Positions 31,818 to 42,116 of a DNA stretch of 64,000 nt are shown here, in pieces. Source of the stretch: Candidatus Eiseniibacteriota bacterium (GTDB lineage: Bacteria; Eisenbacteria; RBG-16-71-46; SZUA-252). The number at the start of each line of letters is the position of its first letter. Within the stretch, counting starts at the first letter, position 1. The notes beneath the pieces were generated by a model. The model worked only from the letters and a program-made list of their open reading frames with translations, was not told where the DNA came from and searched no databases. The translations under genes and the position numbers were made by a program. The DNA is taken from NCBI GenBank assembly GCA_963740415.1, contig CAVUEC010000013.1:534726-598725 (forward strand), written 5' to 3'.

Positions 31818-32753
31818 ATGTTCGCCGAAGACCTTCTCAAAGACATGCGGCGCGCGGGGTACGCGCCCCAAGCGATCGTGACCTACGTCCGGAGAATCTC
31901 CGGACGGGTGGTCCAGCGGCTCCCGCGCCACGCCGAGCTGGTCCGCTCCGTCGCCGCCACCTCGCTCCTGCTCTTCGCCATCCAGTTCGCCGGCGCGCTC
32001 CTCCTGTCGTGGGCGTACGGCCGGCGCATGGGCGTGTCCTACCTCGTCGCGTCGAGCGCGGTGCTCCTGCTCGCTTCGTTCTGGGTGCTGACCCACGTGG
32101 GCATCGCCCATTCGACGCGCGACGAGCGTCCGATGCGCCGGATCCCGTTCCCGGTCGTTCTCACGCTCCTCCGCGCGGTGTCGATCCCGGCGATCGTGCT
32201 TCTCATTCAGGAGCGGGCGTGGCACGTGGTGGTTTGGCTCTTCGCGATCAGCGCGTCCACGGACGTGATCGACGGCGTCCTCGCCCGCGCGTTCCACTCC
32301 GAGTCGAGGTTGGGATCCGTCCTCGATCCGCTCGTGGACATCGCGTTCAACTCGTCGGCCTTCCTGGCCCTCTCCGTGGCGCGCGAGCTCCCGTGGTGGG
32401 TCACCGGGCTGATGCTGTCGCGCTACGGACTCCTGGTCGCGGGGACGTTCTATCTGTACGTCTTCCGCGGGCCGGTCCGCATTCAGCCGACCGCGTTCGG
32501 GAAGTTGACCGGCGTGCTGACCACGCTCCTGCTCGGCCTCCTCCTGCTCGGGCTCGCGTCCTGGAGCGACGCGATGCGACTCCGGCTCAAGGAAGTGTTC
32601 GACGTGGGGCTCGGCCTCATGGCCTTCGCCACGATCATTCAGGTCCTGTTCATCGGGCTCGCCAACAAGAAGACGCTGGAACGCGAGCCGGCCGTGGACG
32701 AGGGCGTCCGCACCGGCCGGGTGGTCGGGGACGTCCGCTGGCCGCGACGCTGA
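31818..32753 (+). CDS. CDP-alcohol phosphatidyltransferase family membrane protein
   Basis: The family motif D-x2-DG-x2-AR-x8-G-x3-D-x3-D is seen as STDVIDGVLARAFHSESRLGSVLDPLVD, and the protein is hydrophobic with multiple TM helices. Confidence 0.75.
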   Translation: MFAEDLLKDMRRAGYAPQAIVTYVRRISGRVVQRLPRHAELVRSVAATSLLLFAIQFAGALLLSWAYGRRMGVSYLVASSAVLLLASFWVLTHVGIAHSTRDERPMRRIPFPVVLTLLRAVSIPAIVLLIQERAWHVVVWLFAISASTDVIDGVLARAFHSESRLGSVLDPLVDIAFNSSAFLALSVARELPWWVTGLMLSRYGLLVAGTFYLYVFRGPVRIQPTAFGKLTGVLTTLLLGLLLLGLASWSDAMRLRLKEVFDVGLGLMAFATIIQVLFIGLANKKTLEREPAVDEGVRTGRVVGDVRWPRR

Positions 32754-32773
32754 CGACCCGGGTCTTGGCGGGC

Positions 32774-32827
32774 GGTTCGGCGGCGGTCAGGGTTTCGGCG
32801 GCGGCCAAGGTTTCGGCGGCGCTCTAA
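32774..32827. repeat. Three tandem ~18-nt repeats with core GGTTTCGGCGGCG
   Basis: GGTTCGGCGGCGGTCAG, GGTTTCGGCGGCGGCCAA and GGTTTCGGCGGCGCTCTAA, followed by GGGTTTCCC. They lie in the 320-nt gap upstream of the giant surface-protein gene. Confidence 0.8.
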
Positions 32828-33075
32828 GGGTTTCCCCCGTAGCGGCGCCAATCCGCACGGGACATTGCAATTTGCACGGCCCTCCCCGGCCCGGCTAGCG
32901 ATCCCTCGAACCCCTTTTCGCTCAAGGCCTTCCAAGCCTCCCAATTTCAGCGCGTTGCCCACCCGTGGCGTGACGGTCCGTGGGCGCCCCGTGGCATGTC
33001 TCTTGCGCTCCGCCGGGCGGGTAAGTCCCTGGGGCACAACGGAACACACTCCCACCACGGAGCCAAAACTCGGCG

Positions 33076-36000
33076 ATGCGGTACCAATCCCGCCTCGGGT
33101 CAGCGCCCGCGCGCGCGCTCGTACGCGCCGCGCTTCTCGCGTTCGTTGCGTTTCTCGCGCTCGCGACGCCGGCGACCGCCGCGCCTGGGAGCGGCTCCGC
33201 GACGATCTCACCCGGTCCTTCCGTGGTCGCGGGCGCGGCCGGCACGTGGACGCTGGAATACGTCGCCGCCGAAGACTTCAACGGCGCGCTAGGCGGCGTG
33301 GTTGCGTTCGACTTCCCGGCCGGCTGGACGCCGCCGCAGATCGGTGATGCCGGCGCGGCAGGGTACGTCCAGGTCACGAGCCCGGCCTCGGTCGACAGCG
33401 TGTGGGTTTCGGGCCAGACCCTCGAGGTTCACGTCGGCGCGCCGTCCGGCGCCGCGTTCTTGACCGGCGATACGATCCGCGTCGTGTACGGCTCCGGCGG
33501 CGGCGCAGCCGCCGCGGTCGCCGGCACCGTGGCTCCCGCGACCGCGACGTTCCCGGTCTCGAGCGATCCCACCGACACGCTCGGCTTGGCACCGCTCAAT
33601 GCTCCGCCCTCGCTCACGGTCATCCCGGACGTGGTCACGCACGTCCGGGTGGTCGGTCCCTCGATGGCTCCGATCGGCTCGTTCGCGCGGAGCGCCGACG
33701 AGGACACGACCCAGTTGAAGCTGCGCGGCTACGACCGCTTCGACAATCCGGTCCGCATGATCGCCGGCCACTGGAGCGTGATCGGAGGCATTGGAACGGT
33801 TTCGCCGGCCACCGGCATCGGGACCGTGCTCACGCTCACCGCGGCCGCGACCGGCTACGCCGTCGGGGACAGCGGCGCGTGGGCCGACTCGACCGGGACG
33901 ATCACGGTGACCCACGGCGCCTACTCGCGCCTCGTCCTGAACGCGGACGTGATCGCGACCGCGGGGACCCCATTCGGCGCCAACGCCGCCGCGCTCGACC
34001 TGGACGGCAACGCGATCACCTCGGGACCGGGCTCGGGAGGCGCGCTCACGTTCGTGGGGTACGCGGACTCGACCGGATTGGCGCCGGCGGACCCCGATCT
34101 CGTCAGCGCCGGGTTCACGCTGACGTCGGGATCCTGGAACGCCACGCGCACCGCCCGCCGTTCGGGCACGTTCTGGCTCGCGGTCCGGGATTCCGCGACC
34201 GGCTTTGAATCGTCACCGCGCCGCCAGATCGACGTGGCGGCGGCGGCCGCCGATCACATCTCCGCGCGGCCCGACACGCTCGCCCTGACCGCCGGCGTTC
34301 CCGCCACGCTCACGGTCCTGGTTTTCGACGCGCTCGGAAACCGCGCGCCGACCACCTCGAGCGAGCTGCTCACTCTCTGGACCGACCGGCCCGCGGGCCG
34401 CTTCATCGATTCGTTCGGCTCGATCATCCACGAGGCGATCCTCTCGGTGGGCGCCGACTCGGTGAACCTGCGCTACGCCGACAATCAGGCGGGCGCCGGC
34501 GTCGGACGTCTCCGGGTCATCGACGGGGACGGCGCCGGATCGTCCCTGGGAACCGCGTCGGCGTACTCGGTCACGTCGCCGGGGCCGCCCACCGGGCTCG
34601 TCTCGCTCTCCGCGTCGCCGGACACCCTCATGGCCGACGGCGTCGACTCGTCGTTCGTCGCCTCGGGGCTCGTCACCGACGCGTACGGAAATCCGATTCC
34701 GGCCGGACTCCACTTCACCGCCACGTCCTCGCTCGTGACGCCGTTCGGCGACGTGGATCCGGGAACGCCGGGAGTTCAGTGGGCGACCGTCCCCGGCGGC
34801 ACGGTGAGCGGCTGGGTGCGCGCGGGCACGACGATGGGCGCGGGCGCGGTCTCCGTTCAGCTCGGAGCGGCCAACGGCTCGATCGGAATCCAGCTGGTTG
34901 CGGGCGTGCCGTCGGGCGCGATCGCGGTGACCGCCTCTCCCGATTCTCTCGCCGCGGACAGCGTGTCCACGCGGACCGTGACCGCGTCGGGACTTCACGA
35001 CGCGAACGGAAACCAGGTGGTCGACGGCGAGCCGTACACGGTCACGACCACGCTCGGCTCGATCGCATCGGCCGACCAGGATGCCGTGACGCCCGGGATC
35101 CAGCGCCGCGCGTCCGGCGGCTCGATTTCCTTCTCGCTCTTCGGCGGCGACGTGCTCGGGACCGCGACCGTCGGCGTGACGTCGGTGCGCGGGAGCGCGT
35201 CGGGGAACACCAACGTGCGGCTCGTGCCGGGCGGCGTGAGCGCGTCCGCCTCGTCGGTGGCCGCGACCACTCCGGCGCCGGTGGGGCCCGTGGGCAGCAC
35301 GATCACCGTGACGCTCCGCGACAGCCAGGGGCACGCCATCGCGGGCGTCCCGGCCGATTCGATTCCGATCGTGGTGCTCGGCGTGGCGGCGATGGTGACC
35401 CCGCTCGGCGCGTTCACCGACGCGGGCGGCGCGATCGACTTCCGCGCGACGGCGACGGTGGCGGGCACGGGGATCGTCTCGGCCACGGCGAAGGCAATCC
35501 CGCTCGGCAGCGCGCCGACGATCGTCTTCGCGCCGGGCTCGCTCGACCACTTCGTGCTCTCGGGACCGGGCGGCCCGCTTACGGCCGGCGTTCCCGGACT
35601 CGCTCTCGCTTTTCGCGCGTGACGCCTTCAACAACGCGATGCCCGCGTTCTCGGGGCTCGTGCTGCGCCCGGTGGTGCTCGCGGGCGGTGCCACGGCGCC
35701 CGATTCGGTCTTCCTGTCCGGCGGATCCGTGACCGTGGTCTTCACGCCGACCCTGGCCGCCCCGCTGACGATCCAGGTCCACGACGACGCGTCGCACTCC
35801 GTCACGCTCGGCCCGGTCGCGGTCGCGGCCGGCGCTCCATACCGCCTGATCGCGCTCGCGCCCCCGTCGAGCACGCTCGCCGCGGGGGACTCGATGGCGG
35901 TCCAGGCACGCCTCTTCGACGTCCACGGCAACGTCGTGCCGTCCGGCGTCGTGGGGGCCTCGGTCGTGGCCGGGAGCGGCTCGGTGTCGCCGGCGGCCGA

Positions 36001-39000
36001 CCCGACCGACCCCGGCGGCCTCGCCGATTTCACGCTCCACGCGGGATCGGCGCCGGGGCCGCTCGTCCTGCGAATGGTCGCGGCGGCGAGCGCCGCGCCC
36101 GACTCGATTCGCGCCGATTCGATCTTCGTCACGGTGAGCCCGGCCGCGACGGCGTCGCTCCAGCTCATCGCGGATTCGCTGAACTGGACCGCGGGCGTGG
36201 CGGTGCGGGTGCGCGTGCGGCCGCTCGACGCGTTCGGGAATCTGGTGACGGCCGACACCGCGACGATCGTCATGCGCCCCGCGGGCGCTGCTCGCTGGAC
36301 GCCGCCTTTCGGGGCGCTGTCCGCCGGCGAGTTCGTCACGTTCGCGACGGATACGCTCGCCGAGTCCGTCTCGCTCGCCGCCGACCGCGTGGGCGGCGGG
36401 ACGGGGAGCACGGGCCCCGCGGTCGTGTCGCCCGCGGCGCCGGCCCAGCTCGCGATCGTCTCGGGCGACGCGCAGAGCGCGGTCGTGAACCACAATCTCC
36501 CGGCCCCGCTCCTGGTTCGCGCGAGGGACGCGTACGGAAACCCGGCGCCGGGCGCGTCGGTCGTGTTCACGGTCGCGGCGGGGAACGGCTCGGTGGACGC
36601 GGTGGCGGGCGGCGCCGCCGACTCGATCGCCGTGGCCGACGGGTCCGGCTTCGCGGTCTGCGATATCGCGCGCCTGGGCACCGTCGCGGGCCCGGGGAGC
36701 GACTTCTTCCGCGCCCGCCTCCTCCTCGCGCCGCTGGCCCAGGTCCTGTTCACGGCCACGGCGACCCCGGATGTGGCCGCGTCGATCGCGGTGCTTCCGC
36801 CGTCGTTGTCGCTCGCCGCCGGCGCCACCGCGAACGTCACCGCGCAGGCGCGGGACGCCTACGGAAACCTGGCCCCCGGAACTCCGGTCACGTTCTTCCT
36901 CGGCGCGCCGGCGCTCGGGACGCTCGAGTCCACGGGCTCGACCTCGGGAGGCAGCGGCTCCCAGTCGGGCACGACCGGCGGCGTGGGCACGCTCATGGTC
37001 CGCTACCGCGCGCCGTCCTCGGCGCCCGCGGCGGACTCGATCTACGCCCGCGGCGTCACGATCGTGCCGGTCGGAATCCGCGCCACGGTGGGCGCGGCCG
37101 CGTCCGCGGCGCTTCAGATCCTTCCCGACTCTCTCTCCTGGATCGCGGGCTCGCCGGTGCGCGTGCGCGTGCGCGCGGTCGACTCGTACGGGAATCTGGT
37201 GGTGGGCGACACGGCGACCGTCGTGATGCGGCCGAGCGGTGCTGCATCGTGGGCGCCGCCGTTCGGCCCGATGACGGCCGGGGAATTCATCACGTTCGCC
37301 ACCGACACGGTGGCCGAGGCGCTCGCCTCGCTCGATGCCGACCGGGTGGGAGGCGGCACGGGGAGCGCGGGACCGGTGACGGTCCGGCCGGCGGCGCCCT
37401 CGGGATTGATCGCGATCGCGGCGCCGCGCGACACCCTGACCGCCGACGGGAAGAGCTCGGTCACGGTCACGCTGGGCCCCGTGCGGGACGCGTACGGAAA
37501 TCTCGTCCCGGCGGGATCGCTCGTCCTGGCCAGCGCGACGTCCGCGTCGCTCTTGGCGCCGGACGCCTCGCCGCTTCCCGGGCTCGATCTCGCCACCGCG
37601 GCCGACGGGCGGGCGTCGCTCATCCTGACCGCTCCCTCGGTCGCCGGTCTCGACACCCTTCGCGCATCGAGCCGCGTGGGAAGCGCGTCGGGGCTCCGCC
37701 CGTTCGCGTACCTGGCGCCGCCCACGGTTGTCTACGCCGGCGGATCGATCGCGCCGGTCGTGGTGGTGTCGGGCGCGTCCTACGCCTTCAAGGCCGGCGT
37801 CACCAACACGGGGAGCGGCGTGCTCCAGATCGGCGCGGGCACGACCCTTTCGTTCGGCTCGGGCGCGGGCGCGTACAGCGCGACGCTCGCCTCGCCGCTC
37901 GCGCTGGGATCCGGCTTGAGCGACACGCTCCGGTTCGCGAGCGTGGTGGTGTCGCCGAGCCTCACGCCGGGAAGCTACGCGCCGTCGCTCCGCGCGGTCG
38001 GGACCGACGGCACGGGCGACCCCTTTGACTTCTATCTCAACCTGGCGGGCGCGCAGACCCACGTCGCCGGCGTGAGCGTGGCCGCTGTGAGCGCGTCGCC
38101 CTCGCCGGTGCCGCTGGGCCACCCGGATCTCAGCCTCACCTTCGACGTCACGAACCGCACGTCGCTGCCCGCCACGATCGACGCGGCGAGCCTCGCGTAC
38201 TCGACCGGAGCCTTCGTCACGAACAGCGTGACGCCGCCGCTGCCCGCGGCGCTCGCCGCTTCCGGAACCACGCGGCTCACCGTCTCCGTGCGCGTGCCGT
38301 CGGGCGGCATCCCGTCGGGCACCGTGGTGAACGCGAGCCTGACCGCGACCGCGACGTTCCTGGGCTCCGTGGTCGCGGGCGTGAACCCGACGCCGCTCTC
38401 CTTCCAGGTGATCTCGGCGGCTCAGTTCGCGGCCAAGCCGGGCGGCGCGCTGCCCATCCGCTATCTCCGCGCCCGCACGTTTGGACCGACGGTCCGCGTG
38501 GCGAACCTCGGCGGCAGCGCGGTCACGCTCGCGAAGGGCGCGACGCGGCTGGTGCTCACGCATCCGGGTGGCGACGTGCTCTCGACCGGGCTTTCGGCGG
38601 CGACCGCGGTCGCGGGCGGCGACTCGGCGACCCTCGCGTTCGACTCGCTCGCCGTGGGCGCCGCGGTCGCTCGCGGGCGTTACGGCGCCCGGCTTGAGCT
38701 GAGCGGGACGGAGGCCGGGCTCGCGTTCGCGGACACGATCCCCCTAGATCCCGACAGCGTCTCGGTGCTCGAGCCGCCGCTGCTCGCGGTGACGGCGCCG
38801 TTGCTACCCGACACGGTGAGCGCGGGGCAGACGCGCCCCGTGCGCGTGAGGCTCTCGAACTCGGGCGACATCGCGTTCAACCTCGACGCGGCGACCACGC
38901 TCCGTCTCGGCGCGCCGCTCTCGACCGATCTCACGCTGGGCTCGGCGCCCGCGCTCAACCCCGGCGCGTCGCTCGATCTCGACTTCTCGGGCGGACCGCT

Positions 39001-40249
39001 CGGCTCGGCGCTCGCGCCGGGAACGGGACCAGTCACGCTCGACGTGCAGGGGACGGAGGACGGCCGCGCGCGGGCGCAGGCGGTTCCCGCGGGCGCGCTC
39101 GTGGCCCAGCCGCCCGCGGCGCTTGCGTTCGTCGCGGGCTCGGTCACGCCCGACACCGTGCGCGCGGGGCAGTCGTACGCGCTGACGGCCGCGGTGCGGA
39201 ACAACGGCGGGTCGACGTTCCTCCTCGATCCCGCGTCCACGCGTCTCGTCGTGACGGACGGCGTGGAGCAGGCGGTCGCGACGGCGGCGGGCGCGCCGTT
39301 CGCGCTCGGCCCGGGCGCGCAGGCGACCCTCTCCTTCCCGGCCGTGGCGTTCCCGGCCGCGCTGGCGAGCCAGCCCTATCCCGTATCGCTCGACGTTCAT
39401 GGAACGGAGTGGGCGCTCGCGGAGAGCGTCTCGGTCGTCTCGCCGCCGGCGGAGCTTCTCGTGATCGAGCCCGCGGCCGGCGTCCAGATTCGCGCGATCG
39501 ACGCGGGCGCTCCGGTCCAAGTCTCGTCGGGCCAGGTCGTGCGGGCGTGGGCCCTCGAAGTGACCCCGGTCCTGCCGCCGGGCGGCGTCACATCGGCCCA
39601 CCTGACCACGCTTCGCCTCACCGTGCTCATCGACGGCGGCGCGGGCGCGCCCTCGACCGCGCTCGCGGCGGTCTCGCTGCGGAGCGCGTCGGGAACGCTC
39701 CTCGCCCAGTCGGCGGCGGGCGGCACCAACCCCGTGACGCTCGCGCTCACGTCTCCGCTCTCGCTCACCGCCGCCTCGGAGTCGGTCTACGTGGACGTCG
39801 CGGTCTCGGGCGCGGCCGCCGCGCGCGACGTCGCGCTCCGTCTGGCCGTTGCCGGCGATCTCGTGGTTCTGGACGACCTGGCGGGCACGCCGGTCCCGGT
39901 TGTGGGCGGCGGCGGTCTCGCGTTCGCGCCCCTCACGTCCTCCACGCTCACGCTCTTTGCCAAGGCGCACGGTTACCCGAACCCGTTCCACGCGGGTCGC
40001 GAGGCGGTGCTGCTCTCCTATCTCCTGCCGCAAGACGCCGCGGTCAAGGTCTCGATCTACACCCTGCTCGGCGACCTCGTGCGCGAGATCCCCCTCCAGG
40101 CGGGCGCCACGGGCGGGACGCGTGGCTTGAACGAAGTGCCGTGGGACGGCCGGAACGGAAAGGGAGACCTGGTGCGGCCCGGTCTCTACGTCGCGCGGAT
40201 CGAAGGGCCGGGAGCCGCCGAGCAGATCAAGGTGGGGGTGACGCGATGA
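33076..40249 (+). CDS. Giant (~2390 aa) secreted Ig-like (Big_1-type) / CARDB-like repeat surface protein with a FlgD-Ig-like C-terminal domain. Frame broken at 35593-35597.
   Basis: Signal peptide ALLAFVAFLALATPATA. Big_1-like modules appear, for example SASPDTLMADGVDSSFVASGLVTDAYGNPIPAG. CARDB-like modules fill the second half (PDTVSAGQTRPVRVRLSNSGDIAF, PDTVRAGQSYALTAAVRNNGGSTF). The C-terminus reads YPNPFHAGREAVLLSY...VSIYTLLGDLVREI...WDGRNGKGDLVRPGLYVARI. Track ORFs 33076..35622 and 35639..40249 are one gene. Frame 2 is open from 35597 and reads DSLSLFARDAFNNAMPAF. Removing one base from CCCGG joins LTAGVP to it. Confidence 0.85.
36150..36430 (+). repeat. Internal repeat unit A within the giant gene
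   Basis: Encodes LQLIADSLNWTAGVAVRVRVRPLDAFGNLVTADTATIVMRPAGAARWTPPFGALSAGEFVTFATDTLAE...DRVGGGTGSTGP. It is clearly paralogous to 37100-37390. Confidence 0.75.
37100..37390 (+). repeat. Internal repeat unit B within the giant gene
   Basis: Encodes LQILPDSLSWIAGSPVRVRVRAVDSYGNLVVGDTATVVMRPSGAASWAPPFGPMTAGEFITFATDTVAE...DRVGGGTGSAGP. Confidence 0.75.
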
Positions 40250-42116
40250 CCGCGCTCCGGGCGTGGCTCGTCGCGATGGCCATCGTCGCGCTGGCGACGG
40301 CTTCGCGGACGCACAGGACGCCGGCACGGCCACGCTGCTTGCGTCGCCGGGGAGCTGGCCGACGACGGGCGCGATCTCGTCCTCGACCGCGCTCGCACTG
40401 GACCCCTCGGCGATCTACCTGAACCCCGCGGGGCTTGCGACCCAGGACGAGCGGACCTTCCTGTTTCACCACGGCCTGCTCCAGTTCGACACGAGCTGGG
40501 ACATGGCCGCGATCGCTTATCCGATCCCCGGGCTCGGAGCGGCCGGGCTCGGCGTGGCGCGCATCGGCTCCTCGGGCATCGACGCGTACGACGCGTCCAA
40601 CCAGCCGATCGGGACGATCGGCTACAGCGAGACCTCGCTTGCGGCGAGCGTCGCGCGGCACCTCTACGGCCCTCTCGTGGCCGGCGTGACGTTCAAGGTG
40701 CTCAGCCAGTCGCTCGGCGACATGTCGGCCGCGGCGCCGTCGATCGATCTTGGATTTGCTTACAGACCCGCCAAGCTCCTCGGCGGGCAGATCGGGTTCG
40801 CGGCCGAGAACGTGGTGGCGGGCTCGCTGGATCTGGGAGGGCCGACCGAATCGCTCGACCGGACGTTCCGCCTCGGTCTCGCGTCTCCCGAGTGGCGTTT
40901 CGGGCAGCTCATGGCCGCCCGCGGCATCGTCGACCTCGAGCGCGCCGGCGCCGAGGGGACGAAGAGCCGCTTCGGCCTGGAGGTGAACCGGTTTGGAATC
41001 GGAGCGGTGCGCGCGGGGCTGGACCGCGGCCGCGCGATCCTGGGATTCGGCGTCCAGTGGCGCCGCTACGGCTTCGACTATGCGTTTGCCCAGGGCGAAA
41101 TCGAGGCGACCCAGCAGATCGCGCTTCATCTCGCCTGGGGCGAGCCGGTGAGCCAGTACGAGTCCCGCCGCCGGGCCGAGTTCGCCAAGGCGGCCGAGGA
41201 CACGGTTCGCGCCCATAGGGCCGCGATCGTCGCGCGCGATCGCGAGAAGGCGGAGGAAGCCGAGGCCAAGGGCGACTACGAAGCGGCGCTCCTGCTCTGG
41301 GAGATCCTGATCCGCGAGCGGCCGGACGACGCGACGTTCGCCGCCCGGGCCGAGCGCGCTCGAACCGAAATCGCGGATCGCGCGGAGCAGGACCTGGAGG
41401 TTGAGAGCGCGAGGCGCCTCGCCTCCACGGTGACGGCCATGACCCGCGCCGCGCTGAACCGCGGCGACGTGGAAGAGGCGGCCGGAGTCTGGCGCGGGTT
41501 CGTGCGGCCGGGCGTGACGCCGCCTGGGTTCGTCGCCGACAGCGTTGCCGCGATCGAAGCCGAGTACCGCGCGGCGCGCGACCGCGCGGTCGCACAATCG
41601 GTCGCGCGCGCGGATTCGCTCCACCGCGTCGGGCGCGTGCTCGACGCCGCCGAGGCTGCCGCGTTCGCGCTCCGCCTGAATCCCGAGGATCCGGCCGCGC
41701 TCAAGGCGTGGAACTCGCTCCAGCTCATCGTCGTGAAGAGCGCCGAGACGTCGGCGTCGCTCACGCGGAAGCTGGAGGCTCTGACCGCGATCCACACGGC
41801 GTCCGGCGCCTTCACCGAGGGTCGCTACGCCGACGCGCAGACGTCGATTCGCCGCGCGCTCGCGCTCGAGCCGTCGAACGCGGAGGCGCGCGCCTGGCGC
41901 GACCGGATCGAGCGCCGGCTGGCCACCCCGAAGACCGAAATCGACGCCCGCGTGAAGCAGCTCTACATCAAGGGCATGGAGGCCTTCTCGAGCGGGGACT
42001 ACCGCGAGGCCCTCCGGAACTGGGAGCAGATTCTCGTGCTCGACCCGCTGAACGAGAGCGCGCGGCGGAACGTGCTCGAGGCTCGCGAGCGGATGAAGGC
42101 GGAGGCGAGTCGATGA
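40246..42116 (+). CDS. Putative outer-membrane beta-barrel protein with a C-terminal TPR-like domain. Frame broken at about 40290-40305.
   Basis: ATG 40246 overlaps the giant gene's stop (ATGA) and encodes the signal peptide MTALRAWLVAMAIVALA in frame 1. The mature protein (FADAQDAGTATLLASPG...DPSAIYLNPAGLA..., alternating barrel-like pattern) is in frame 3. One missing base, for example in the GG at 40299-40300, joins them. The C-terminal half has TPR-like repeats (GDYEAALLLWEILIRERPDD, GDYREALRNWEQILVLDPLNESARRN). The PorV/UPF0164-like assignment rests on pattern only. Confidence 0.6.

Noticed and set aside
32774-32827. Tandem repeats considered as a possible CRISPR array
   Set aside because: The units are about 18 nt and directly adjacent with no spacers. 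There are only three copies and no cas genes.
34213-38563. Very long minus-strand ORFs (34213..36840, 875 aa; 35579..38563, 994 aa). Similar ones occur at 12633..15239, 27779..30184, 8426..10432, 41999..44005 and 51319..53127.
   Set aside because: They lie antisense to genes with strong homology or clear domain structure. Their translations are Arg/Gly/Asp/His-rich low-complexity sequence with no motifs. This is the usual shadow-ORF effect in high-GC DNA.
40263-40300. GTG 40263 as the start of the barrel/TPR protein
   Set aside because: It would give an exported-type protein without a signal peptide. ATG 40246 in the neighbouring frame gives a canonical signal peptide and ATGA coupling to the upstream gene.
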